Shown here one piece after another: positions 18,989-27,500 of a DNA stretch of 64,000 nucleotides. Both the position numbers and the translations under genes were made by a program. The DNA lies in assembly GCA_964523825.1 (NCBI GenBank), contig CAZGAT010000010.1, forward strand, positions 14,131 to 78,130, in the 5' to 3' direction. Source of the DNA: an uncultured Prevotella sp. GTDB taxonomy: Bacteria; Bacteroidota; Bacteroidia; Bacteroidales; Bacteroidaceae. Positions within the stretch are counted from its first letter, which is position 1, and every line of letters begins with the position of its first letter. The notes under the pieces are model-generated. The model had not been told where the DNA came from, did not search any database, and was given only the letters and a program-made list of their open reading frames with translations.

Positions 18989-21463
18989 CTATATGGAGAA
19001 CTGCGCCGAAAAGAGCAACTCGCGCCCGCGAATGGCGTAGTGGTCGGTTATGCTCCCCACCCCACTATACTGCGTTACGGCATATTCACGCTTGCCGAAA
19101 ATGTTGGTCAATGCCGCCGACAGGCGCAGCTTCCTCAACCGCCACACTGCCTTTGCGTCGCCAAGCAACGTGTTGACCGCAGTGCCCGACTGGAGTTCGT
19201 TCCGGTAGTGGACCATGCCGAAAGTTACGTCAACCGCGCCAATGGTAGACGTCAGCGAGAGCCGCTGCCTCCAGTCGAACAGCGCGGACTGCCCATCGGA
19301 GTGCAGCCACTGGAAGTCTCCATTATAGCTCAACGCGCCCCACGCTTCCGAAAACTCTATGTTCGGCGACAGCTTGCAGACCGCGGTATTGTAGCCGACA
19401 AAGCTTCCGCCCGTCATCTGCACACCTTTATTATATGTAACACTACCTGCAAGACGCGTCTTCAGGTGAATGGAGAAAAAGCCTTTCGACACGGCGCATT
19501 CCGCCTGCGCAAACGAGGAATGCGACGGACTTTGCGCATACGACACGTAGTAGTTGCCGTCAATTATCTCCAGACTTTCCGTCATACTGCGCCATACGCG
19601 ACCGGCATTCACGTCGGCATTGACGAACAGTTCTACTATCGGACGCTTGTAGACATATCCTATATATGTGGTGAGGTTCCGCACCTTCGGTATCGAACCG
19701 TCGGTTTGGAAATACGAACGATAGTCGCGGCGCACGTTCTTCAACGCGAAATCTCCGACTCCCGACGTGCTTTCACCATAGTCCACCGACGCAGACCATT
19801 CGGTGCGCCGCCAGCCTTTCCAATTGACATACGCCCTACTCCCCAACAGCACAAAGCCTTTGCACTGGTGCGGATAGCGTTCCCAACGCGCGCGCGCCGA
19901 CAGTCCCACCACCCACGGCTCGCGCTTATACTGCCAGTAAGGGACGACCGACGCGCCAATCTCCGGCACATTGCCACGCACATTGAGGTTCTGCGCGTCG
20001 ACGGTTGCCGTCAGCCTGTGGGTGAAGAACGTCCGACTGCGCAACCAACCGACGCTCGCTGCCGTGTGCCAAAGGTTGGTCTGCAACGTATTCTGAAAGT
20101 CGGCAACGCGCAATTCGCCACTGCTGTGATGATAGTCCGCAACGGCGTTGACCGTCCACTGCGCCTTCCCTGCCGTATAGAGACGGTACAGCGCAGCCGC
20201 AACATCAACCGTGGGCACCGTGATGCGCTGCACTGTCGTGTCGCCAATGTCTGCCAGTGCGTCCGCGCGGCGTGCCGACAGTCGCAACGATTCGTCGCCA
20301 TAGACGGACTGCGAGTTGACCTTTCTATCGACTTCCAACGACAAGTCGTCGTTCTTCAAATCAAGAAACTGGCGTTGCGACGTGCTGACTGGCGACGCTC
20401 CACCCAGGTCGTATGACGACTCATTGCTGGTATGTTGACGCTCGACAGTGCGCAGATAGTGGGCCGACAAGCGCAGTTCGCCGTCGCCGTCCTTCTGTAT
20501 CCTGTTGGCGGAATAGTCCTGCGATGTGTTGAACCTCAACCTTCCGGCATCGATAGGAGCCGACAACGAAGGCACTGCCAGCCACGAGGGTATCGTGGCG
20601 GCTGCAAGTCCCGTGCGCCAAGTTCCACGGACTGCGTTCTGTCCCGACAGATCCTGTCCCGTACGGTCGTAGGCGGCCTTGTAGTCGAACTGGCGGCTGC
20701 GCCCTATCTGCAATGCGTCGACTTCGCCTCCAAAAGTATTTGTCTCACCTATTAAAGCATACGGTTTCACGGTGAGCAACAGCTTGTCGCGCACCGAATC
20801 CTTCATCACTATGTTCATCGCAACGTCGTCGGTAAACACCTTGTCCTGCAATGCCTTGACGGGTTGGTCGTGGTCTATGACCTCTGCCTTTTTCACGTCG
20901 CGCGCCTTGATGTTCTCTTCCAACTGCCCGTACCGTCCGCCGGTCATGTCAAGACCCTCTATGGTGAAACGGCTTATGCGCTTGCCGTTGACGCTCACCT
21001 CGCCATTGTCGCCAATATCCACTCCGGGCAACTTCCGCAGAACGTCCTTCAGGGTGTTGTCCCGTGGCGACGTGAACCGCGACAAGTCATAGACTGTGGT
21101 ATCGGCACGCCCTATCACCCTATTGCCCCGAACCGTGACCTCCTTCAGCTCGAAAGCCTCCGGCTGGAGGACAATCTTCGTAAATCCACTGGGCGAAGCA
21201 CCCACGCGGCGGCGTGCATAGCCGAGGCATGTCACGTTGATTGAGTCTGACGGTTGGAGCGAGTCCACCGACATACAGAACTTTCCGCCAGCGTCGCTAT
21301 GGCAGAACCGCAGCGGATTGCCGCCACGCAGGAGGGTTACGGTGGCTGCGTCGACGGGATTGCCACCGTCGTCGACGACGATGCCGCTGACGGCGGTCTG
21401 CGCGACAGCCACAAGGCAGGACGCCAGCGACAGCAATATCAACAAGATTCTGTTCATAGCCAA
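18989..21463 (-). CDS. Large outer-membrane beta-barrel protein with a carboxypeptidase-regulatory-like N-domain and a plug-like segment (TonB-dependent-receptor-like)
   Basis: 824 aa. Signal peptide, then VSGIVVDDGGNPVDAATVTLL..DAGGKF and LKDVLRKLPGVDIGDNGEVSVNGK. Lies 7 nt downstream of the GLPGLI gene. Confidence 0.8.
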   Translation of the reverse strand: MAMNRILLILLSLASCLVAVAQTAVSGIVVDDGGNPVDAATVTLLRGGNPLRFCHSDAGGKFCMSVDSLQPSDSINVTCLGYARRRVGASPSGFTKIVLQPEAFELKEVTVRGNRVIGRADTTVYDLSRFTSPRDNTLKDVLRKLPGVDIGDNGEVSVNGKRISRFTIEGLDMTGGRYGQLEENIKARDVKKAEVIDHDQPVKALQDKVFTDDVAMNIVMKDSVRDKLLLTVKPYALIGETNTFGGEVDALQIGRSRQFDYKAAYDRTGQDLSGQNAVRGTWRTGLAAATIPSWLAVPSLSAPIDAGRLRFNTSQDYSANRIQKDGDGELRLSAHYLRTVERQHTSNESSYDLGGASPVSTSQRQFLDLKNDDLSLEVDRKVNSQSVYGDESLRLSARRADALADIGDTTVQRITVPTVDVAAALYRLYTAGKAQWTVNAVADYHHSSGELRVADFQNTLQTNLWHTAASVGWLRSRTFFTHRLTATVDAQNLNVRGNVPEIGASVVPYWQYKREPWVVGLSARARWERYPHQCKGFVLLGSRAYVNWKGWRRTEWSASVDYGESTSGVGDFALKNVRRDYRSYFQTDGSIPKVRNLTTYIGYVYKRPIVELFVNADVNAGRVWRSMTESLEIIDGNYYVSYAQSPSHSSFAQAECAVSKGFFSIHLKTRLAGSVTYNKGVQMTGGSFVGYNTAVCKLSPNIEFSEAWGALSYNGDFQWLHSDGQSALFDWRQRLSLTSTIGAVDVTFGMVHYRNELQSGTAVNTLLGDAKAVWRLRKLRLSAALTNIFGKREYAVTQYSGVGSITDHYAIRGRELLFSAQFSI

Positions 21464-21470
21464 GCGCAGT

Positions 21471-22322
21471 CTACCGTTCTATCGGGTTGTATGGAACGGG
21501 CTTGGAGTGCATGATTTCATTGCCGTCCCCGTCGACGATGCTTATCTTGCTGGTCGACGACTGCGGGAAAGTCATGCGCGCGTAGCCCACCGCGTCGGAA
21601 TAGTAACGCCTGCGTATCTTGTCCAAGTCGCGGCGACCCACCTCCTGCGAGTTCTTGCCTTTATAATATATGTTGCGGGAGCCGTTGACATTGGCAAGTC
21701 CGACGGCAGTGAACACGTACTCGCGTCCCTCGTCCCAGGCTTCCAACACCAGCCCGGGAAGCCCGTGAATCTTCCAGGGTCCGCCGTCAATGGGAATGTC
21801 CGCGGCATACCACGCGTACCAGTGACGACCCTTGAAGCGTGCCTCTGCCATTTGGCAACGGTAGCCGAGCACCTCCGTAACGCTGTCGGGAACGAGCGAC
21901 CACGCGGGTGTCTCCACCGGTTCGACGACACGGAAGTTGTCGTTGCACACGCGGTCAAGCATAACCGTCTGCCCTACTGTCGGCAGATTGGCGTACAGCT
22001 TCCACGACACGCGCGCGGTGGCACGCACGTTGACGTTGCCGCCGTGGGCTATCTGCGCCGCGACCAACGAGTCGACCTGGTACGCCACATAGCTGAAAAA
22101 CGCCGTTCCGCGGCTCCCTATCTGGAGGAGCATACGCTCGGAATAGCGGTCGGAGTCACTTTCCGAGGGGACTACCGCGTCGAGATTGTAGGTGACCTCG
22201 TAGCGCACCATGTCGACCGAGTCGCCACGACTGCCGTCTGAAGCGTCGACTATCGACACCAACTGACCCCAAAGAGCCGTCGGGAGGACGGCGCACAAAA
22301 ACAAAAATACCAGTTTCTTCAT
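21471..22322 (-). CDS. GLPGLI-family protein
   Basis: 283 aa with a signal peptide. Family-defining motif present as WKIHGLPGLVLEAW. Confidence 0.8.
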   Translation of the reverse strand: MKKLVFLFLCAVLPTALWGQLVSIVDASDGSRGDSVDMVRYEVTYNLDAVVPSESDSDRYSERMLLQIGSRGTAFFSYVAYQVDSLVAAQIAHGGNVNVRATARVSWKLYANLPTVGQTVMLDRVCNDNFRVVEPVETPAWSLVPDSVTEVLGYRCQMAEARFKGRHWYAWYAADIPIDGGPWKIHGLPGLVLEAWDEGREYVFTAVGLANVNGSRNIYYKGKNSQEVGRRDLDKIRRRYYSDAVGYARMTFPQSSTSKISIVDGDGNEIMHSKPVPYNPIER

Positions 22323-22348
22323 CTTATATACCTTTATGGTTCATGCCG

Positions 22349-22356
22349 CAAAGGTA
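22349..22356 (-). promoter_or_regulatory. Candidate -7 box (TACCTTTG on the minus strand) for the GLPGLI/OMP operon
   Basis: Plus strand CAAAGGTA, about 27 nt upstream of the ATG at 22322. Confidence 0.45.
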
Positions 22357-22477
22357 TAACTATAAAGGCAGGCAGGCGGCGGTTTTATGTTATCGGAATG
22401 TTATTCCACGGGGGTTGTTTTTATTACTAAATTATTATGAACCCGCGCCGAAGCCCCTGTATACGGGGAAAATCCAG

Positions 22478-22485
22478 TAACTTTG
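22478..22485 (+). promoter_or_regulatory. Candidate -7 box TAACTTTG for the winged-helix regulator gene
   Basis: Exact TAnnTTTG match. It overlaps the ORF-track TTG start at 22483, which favours the ATG at 22513. Confidence 0.45.
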
Positions 22486-22512
22486 CACATCGTTAAGAAA
22501 AAACATACCGTA

Positions 22513-23595
22513 ATGGACAAGCGTATCAAGATAGTCTTCGCCGCGAGCATAGCCACGATGCTGCTCATGCTCGCCGGACAGGCGTACTGGCTCTACAACC
22601 AATACGAGTACAGCGTCACGACACTAACGGACGAGATGGAGCAGACGTGTACCAAACTCATACAGCAGGAGCAGATGGCAAGGTACGACCGCGCGACGAA
22701 AAAATGGAGCGACATAAGCAAGAAGGACACGCTGAAGCTGGAAGTCCATATCGACATACACAAGAAGTCACATGGCTCAATCAAGTCGCAGACGACATTC
22801 ACCTACAACCTCATAGACGGAACAAAGAGGCGGATACGGGCGCATGACATGGACACCCAGGACGGCAACGCCATATACAGCCGCTACCAGGCAAGCCTCT
22901 ACCAGCCATTCCAGAAACAGACCATAGACACGCTGCTCGCCGCCCACGGCTACGGCGCAACGTACGGATTCCGCCGAATCGACGGCATGAAGCTCGTGCT
23001 ACAGCCGCAATACTCCGCCACCGGCGGCTGGCACAAGGGGCTGCACGTGGCGTATTGCAGCAATCCGATGTTCCGGCAGGGCGTGGAGTTCACCATACCC
23101 ATACCGACACTCGGAATCATAAGGCTGATGAAATGGCAGCTCGCCATGAGCCTGATGATGATAATCGCGCTGGCGTTCTGCCTCTGTTACCAGGTGAAGA
23201 CGATAGTCATACAGAAGCGCATCGACGGACTGCGCCGCGAGTTCCTCAAGAACATGATACTCGAAAGCAAGCAGCCCCGCGAGGACACCGCCACCGACGA
23301 CTGCCTGCGCATCGGCGATACGGAGTTCCGATACGGGCTGAACGAGCTGCGCCACGGCAACGAGCGGGTGATGCTCACCTCGCGCCAGGCGGAGATACTG
23401 CGGCTGCTCGCGCTCTCGCCCAACGAGACCGTGGGCCGGGAGCGCATATTGCAAGAGGCATGGGGCGACGACTCGTATTCCAACTCGCTGGCACTCAACG
23501 TGCAGATAAGCTACCTGCGGCGCGCCATACGCGGCGACAGCCGGCTCTCAATCGACGTTATCTACAAGAAAGGCTACGTGCTGAACGTGAGGTGA
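22513..23595 (+). CDS. Membrane-anchored (ToxR-like topology) transcriptional regulator with a C-terminal OmpR/PhoB-type winged-helix DNA-binding domain and no receiver domain
   Basis: ORF track 22483..23595. I prefer the start MDKRIKIVFAASIATMLLMLAGQAYWL (TM1). There is a second hydrophobic segment, WQLAMSLMMIIALAFCLCY. C-terminal trans_reg_C-like FRYGLNELRHGNERVMLTSRQAEILRLLALSPNETVGRERILQEAWGDD...ISYLRRAI...IYKKGYVL. Confidence 0.8.
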   Translation: MDKRIKIVFAASIATMLLMLAGQAYWLYNQYEYSVTTLTDEMEQTCTKLIQQEQMARYDRATKKWSDISKKDTLKLEVHIDIHKKSHGSIKSQTTFTYNLIDGTKRRIRAHDMDTQDGNAIYSRYQASLYQPFQKQTIDTLLAAHGYGATYGFRRIDGMKLVLQPQYSATGGWHKGLHVAYCSNPMFRQGVEFTIPIPTLGIIRLMKWQLAMSLMMIIALAFCLCYQVKTIVIQKRIDGLRREFLKNMILESKQPREDTATDDCLRIGDTEFRYGLNELRHGNERVMLTSRQAEILRLLALSPNETVGRERILQEAWGDDSYSNSLALNVQISYLRRAIRGDSRLSIDVIYKKGYVLNVR

Positions 23596-23611
23596 GATAC
23601 CTGCGCAAGCA

Positions 23612-23716
23612 TTACAGGCTCGCAAGCCAGTTGCGCCCACTACGTGTACGCAGCCACAACATGAAGAATATACAAAGGGCTATCACCACGATGAAGAATA
23701 TAGTCAGATAATCCAT
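23612..23716 (-). CDS. Possible 34-aa single-TM peptide (below the ORF-track cutoff)
   Basis: My translation: MDYLTIFFIVVIALCIFFMLWLRTRSGRNWLASL*. The ATG lies 7 nt after the stop of the 72-aa gene. No homology evidence. Confidence 0.3.
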   Translation of the reverse strand: MDYLTIFFIVVIALCIFFMLWLRTRSGRNWLASL

Positions 23717-23722
23717 GATGCC

Positions 23723-23941
23723 TTACTTTAAAATTTTAGATCCTATTAAAGCTAAAAATACAGTACTGATAGTGCCGAGAGAGATTTTCAGCCATGCGTG
23801 AGAGTCCGCATTGTCAAACAATGCCGGCATGCCCCCAAGCACGACCGCAGCAAACGTAAGTTGCGAGAGGTTCAGGAAATATCCAGCTATTTTCTCACGG
23901 CGTGTCCGTACGCGTTCCTTTTCTTCCTTCTGTGTCGCCAT
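23723..23941 (-). CDS. Small 2-TM membrane protein, unknown function
   Basis: 72 aa. Basic N-terminus MATQKEEKERVRTRREK followed by two hydrophobic helices. A canonical -7 box lies about 50 nt upstream. Confidence 0.5.
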   Translation of the reverse strand: MATQKEEKERVRTRREKIAGYFLNLSQLTFAAVVLGGMPALFDNADSHAWLKISLGTISTVFLALIGSKILK

Positions 23942-23990
23942 ATCCGTATCTTGTTATTATTGCCCATGCAGCTGCGTGGCAATTGTGCCA

Positions 23991-23998
23991 CAAAGATA
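23991..23998 (-). promoter_or_regulatory. Candidate -7 box (TATCTTTG on the minus strand) for the small-membrane-protein genes
   Basis: Plus strand CAAAGATA. Confidence 0.45.
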
Positions 23999-24065
23999 AT
24001 GCTTTTTTATGATACCTGCAACTCTATTAAAACTATCATGACCCGAATACACCACACCGTATCAC

Positions 24066-24311
24066 TCTGACCGATTACACTCCGCGAGTCTGACCGATTA
24101 GATTAATCGAGTCTAATGGTTAGACTCGGGCAGTCTAATGGCTACATTCAGGCAGTCTAACCGATTAGACTCATGCAGTGTAACCGGTTAGACTCGTCCA
24201 ATCTAAGCGTTAGACTCGCTTAATCTAAGCATTAGACTCGTCGAATATAGGCGTTACACCCGCCGAGTCTGGCGATGAGACTCACAGGACACGGCGGTGA
24301 GACCCCTGCAC
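24066..24311. repeat. Degenerate tandem repeat of about 11 units of 22-23 bp, consensus TCTAAnCGnTTAGACTCGnnnAG. Each unit contains an inverted TCTAA..TTAGA core.
   Basis: Unit starts at 24066, 24089, 24112, 24134, 24156, 24179, 24202, 24224, 24246, 24268 and 24291. Examples: TCTAATGGTTAGACTCGGGCAG, TCTAACCGATTAGACTCATGCAG, TCTAAGCGTTAGACTCGCTTAA. Confidence 0.9.
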
Positions 24312-24447
24312 ACATATATATAAGGTGTCGCAGATTAGAAGCTGCAAAAAGGACGAACCGTGCGTGGATTCCTGCCAAAATATAACGAAATCGAACAATT
24401 ATTGCGCGATTTTGAATGAAAAGCTTGCAATCGAACACTTTTTTACG

Positions 24448-24455
24448 TAACTTTG
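24448..24455 (+). promoter_or_regulatory. Candidate -7 box TAACTTTG for the C10 protease gene
   Basis: Exact TAnnTTTG match, about 118 nt upstream of the ATG at 24573. Confidence 0.4.
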
Positions 24456-24572
24456 GGACGACAAGGCTGATCGTCATCTTTCCCACGACTACAAACCTAA
24501 GGGACGACGAGTGACAACGACCGGCACATATTAACCCACGTCTGCGCAAGCAGACCCAAACCTAAAGACGAT

Positions 24573-27500
24573 ATGAGACGAGTATTACTTTCGCTATGGG
24601 TAACGCTCATCGCGACCGCCCTAATGGCAGAACCCGTCACGAAACAGCAGGCTACTGCCACAGCAAGCAAGTTTTTCAGTTCACACGGAGCGGCACTCGA
24701 CCGCAAGGCTCCCGTAATGCAGGCACCGTCTACCGGCGGAACCGCGACGACATCGGCGTACTACGTGTTCAACGCCAAGGACGGCAAGGGATTCGCCATA
24801 GTGTCGGGCGACGACCGCACGCCGTCAATCCTCGGCTACTCCACCACGGGGTCGTTCGACCTCGACAACGCGCCCGACAACGTGCGGTACTGGCTCGGCG
24901 AGTACGCACGGCAGATAAAGTACATACAGGATAATGACATCGAGCCTGCGGAAACGCGGGCTTCGGGCATCGCCGACAACGCGAAGATAGCCGCAATGCT
25001 CCAGACCAAGTGGAACCAGGGCAGCCCCTACAACGACGCATGCCCGACAGTGAACGGGCTGAAAGCGTACACGGGCTGCGTCGCAACGGCTATGGCGCAG
25101 ATACTCTACTACCAGTACCAGCAGCACCCGACGCTCGTGCCCTCGACACTGCAAGCCGACATTCCGTCGTACAGCTACCAGCTACAATATGACGAGTCGG
25201 TAACCTCCACCATAGAAGGCATTGCGGCAGGAGCCACGATAGACTGGGCAAACATGCAGTTGGAATATACTTCAGGCACGCAGGCAACGGCAATATCCGA
25301 CTTCATGCTGTATTGCGGCAAGTCCGTCGAGATGCAATACGCGTTTGCGAGCAGTGGCGAGTCCGGCGCAGCGTCAAGAAACGTGGCAAACGCGGTGCAC
25401 ACATACTTCGGACTGTCGTCAAAGGCAAGATACGTAATCCGTAGCAACTACACGAATGCCGATTGGAACGAGCTGATATACACGGAACTGCAGAACGGCA
25501 GACCGGTATTCTACGCAGGCTACAACAGCGAGACAGGTCACGCCTTCGTGATAAACGGCTACGAGGGCGACTACTATTTCGACGTGAACTGGGGCTGGGG
25601 AGGCTCATGCGACGGCGCGTTCCTACTGTCGGCACTAACCCCGCAAGACAAGGGAATAGGCGGCGGAACATCTGACAATGGCTTCAACACCGGACAGGAA
25701 GCGGTCATAGGCATCGAAGCCGGCACCGCGACAGGAGAAGGATTCCACCTGACAGCCGCAAGCTTCAACATTGACAGTACACAATACGACTATCCATTTG
25801 CCTACTACTGGCCAATGAACGGAGGTTCGGCAGAGGAGAGCTACGACTACGGCTTCGGCATAATCGGCGACAACGGAGCGATAACCCAAGTGGGAACTAC
25901 GCACACGGCGACCATAGCCGCAGCGAAATACAGCGACGACTACGCGTGGATAACTCCTTATCAATTTGAAAGTTACGGCACGGGCACGTACAAGGTGGTG
26001 CCTGTCGGAAAGCTGACGACGGCATCGGAATGGCAGTCGCTGTTCTCGACCGGCAGATACATCAACGTAACCATCGGGACTGACAAGTCCACCATGACGA
26101 TAGACCCGGCGGTCTCGATAAGCAACTTCGCGGCGGCAGGCACGCCGATGAGCGGCGACTCTACCGAAATATCGTTTGACGTTGCAGCCAACGACCTGTA
26201 CCTTGGAGCATTCGACATCTATCCTGGAGACTATGGTTCTGAATTCAGTATAGCGTCTATCGACACGGTGAAGCTGGAGAAGGGCGATACAAGGCACTTC
26301 ACGTTCAAGACGGTGCTCTATGGAAGTACTGCCAGCCGGAACACTACCCTTGTCATCAAAGACCGTGAGACCGATCAAGAACTATGCCGCAACAGCTTCT
26401 GGGTAGCGACGAACAGCATCTACGCATCAGACGGGAGCGTGGAGACCAAGAACCCGGAATCGACGGTGCAATTCACGATTGTCAACGAGACTACCACGGC
26501 ATTTGACGGAAAGATGTACCTGGAGACAAGGGACACGCACCTCGACGAGGTGCTGGATTACCGCACGATAGACTTCAGCGACGCGGAACTCACGATTGAA
26601 TCGTTCGGCACGAAGACCATAACCGCCAACGTACCTATAACGAGACCGGGCGAATACAGCACCACCCTGATGTATCAGAAAGACCCGTCTGACACCGAGC
26701 TGACGACGCTGGACTCGCAGAACTTCGGCTATCAGAACAGCCTTAGCGTAGCAAGCTACGAATGGGACCGCAAGACTCCGGAGTCGACATTCACCGTGAC
26801 GGTGCAGAACATAGGCGACTTCACGTTCGCAGACACGCTGAAGATAAGCCTCAAGGCTCCCGGCGACGGCACTCCGCACGACAACTACTCGGAGATATAC
26901 TCCATAAGGATAGACACTCTGAACATCGCGCCCAACGACACGCGCACGCTGACGGTGACGCTGCCGACGACGGAACAGGTGGACTACAACGTGAGGGTGG
27001 AGTACTACAATTGCTATGACTTCGCGTATTCGTCCAACTGGGCAGGCGGCGCGAACTTCGAATTGAGGTACGACCTGACCAATTCCGACTGCAAATACAC
27101 CAAGGATATGCCGACTACGGACTTCACGTTGTGGTTCAAGAACTACACGGAAGCGGTGTTCGACCAGCCTGTTTACGTGACCCTGTATGACAATACCGAC
27201 GAGGAGAATCCGACTGTGATAAAGGAAGTTACGATAAATACACTGAACTTGGCGCAGAACGAGGAGCAGTCCGTCAGCGTAAGTCTGCCTACGGAAAGCG
27301 CGGGCAAGTACAAGGTGACGGTTGAATACAACGAATACAAGTCGGGAACCAAGGCTGAAAGGACGAATATGCGCACGGTTACATTCGAGATAATCGCGCG
27401 GTACAACGCCGATCTCACGGACGGAGGCGGGACGTTTACGTGCTCGTCGGATCTGGAAGTATCGGGTTCAAACACCATAGACAAAGCCTTCGACAACGAT

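Noticed and set aside
19040-20416. 458-aa plus-strand ORF. Similar long ORFs include 21237..22241, 17450..18688, 43122..44255, 37715..38734, 44442..45287, 25635..26378, 2623..3579 and 8028..8879.
   Set aside because: Each lies antisense to, or out of frame within, a gene with clear family motifs. Their translations are Arg/His/Val/Cys-rich with no recognisable motif. They are typical shadow ORFs of GC-rich coding DNA.
23055-23711. 218-aa plus-strand ORF in an alternative frame of the regulator gene
   Set aside because: The Arg/Pro/Ala/His-rich translation is typical of an off-frame GC-rich ORF. The other frame carries the winged-helix motifs.
24066-24311. Possible CRISPR array
   Set aside because: The units abut each other with no spacers, are degenerate, are only 22-23 bp long, and no cas genes are nearby. 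It is a tandem repeat, not a CRISPR array.
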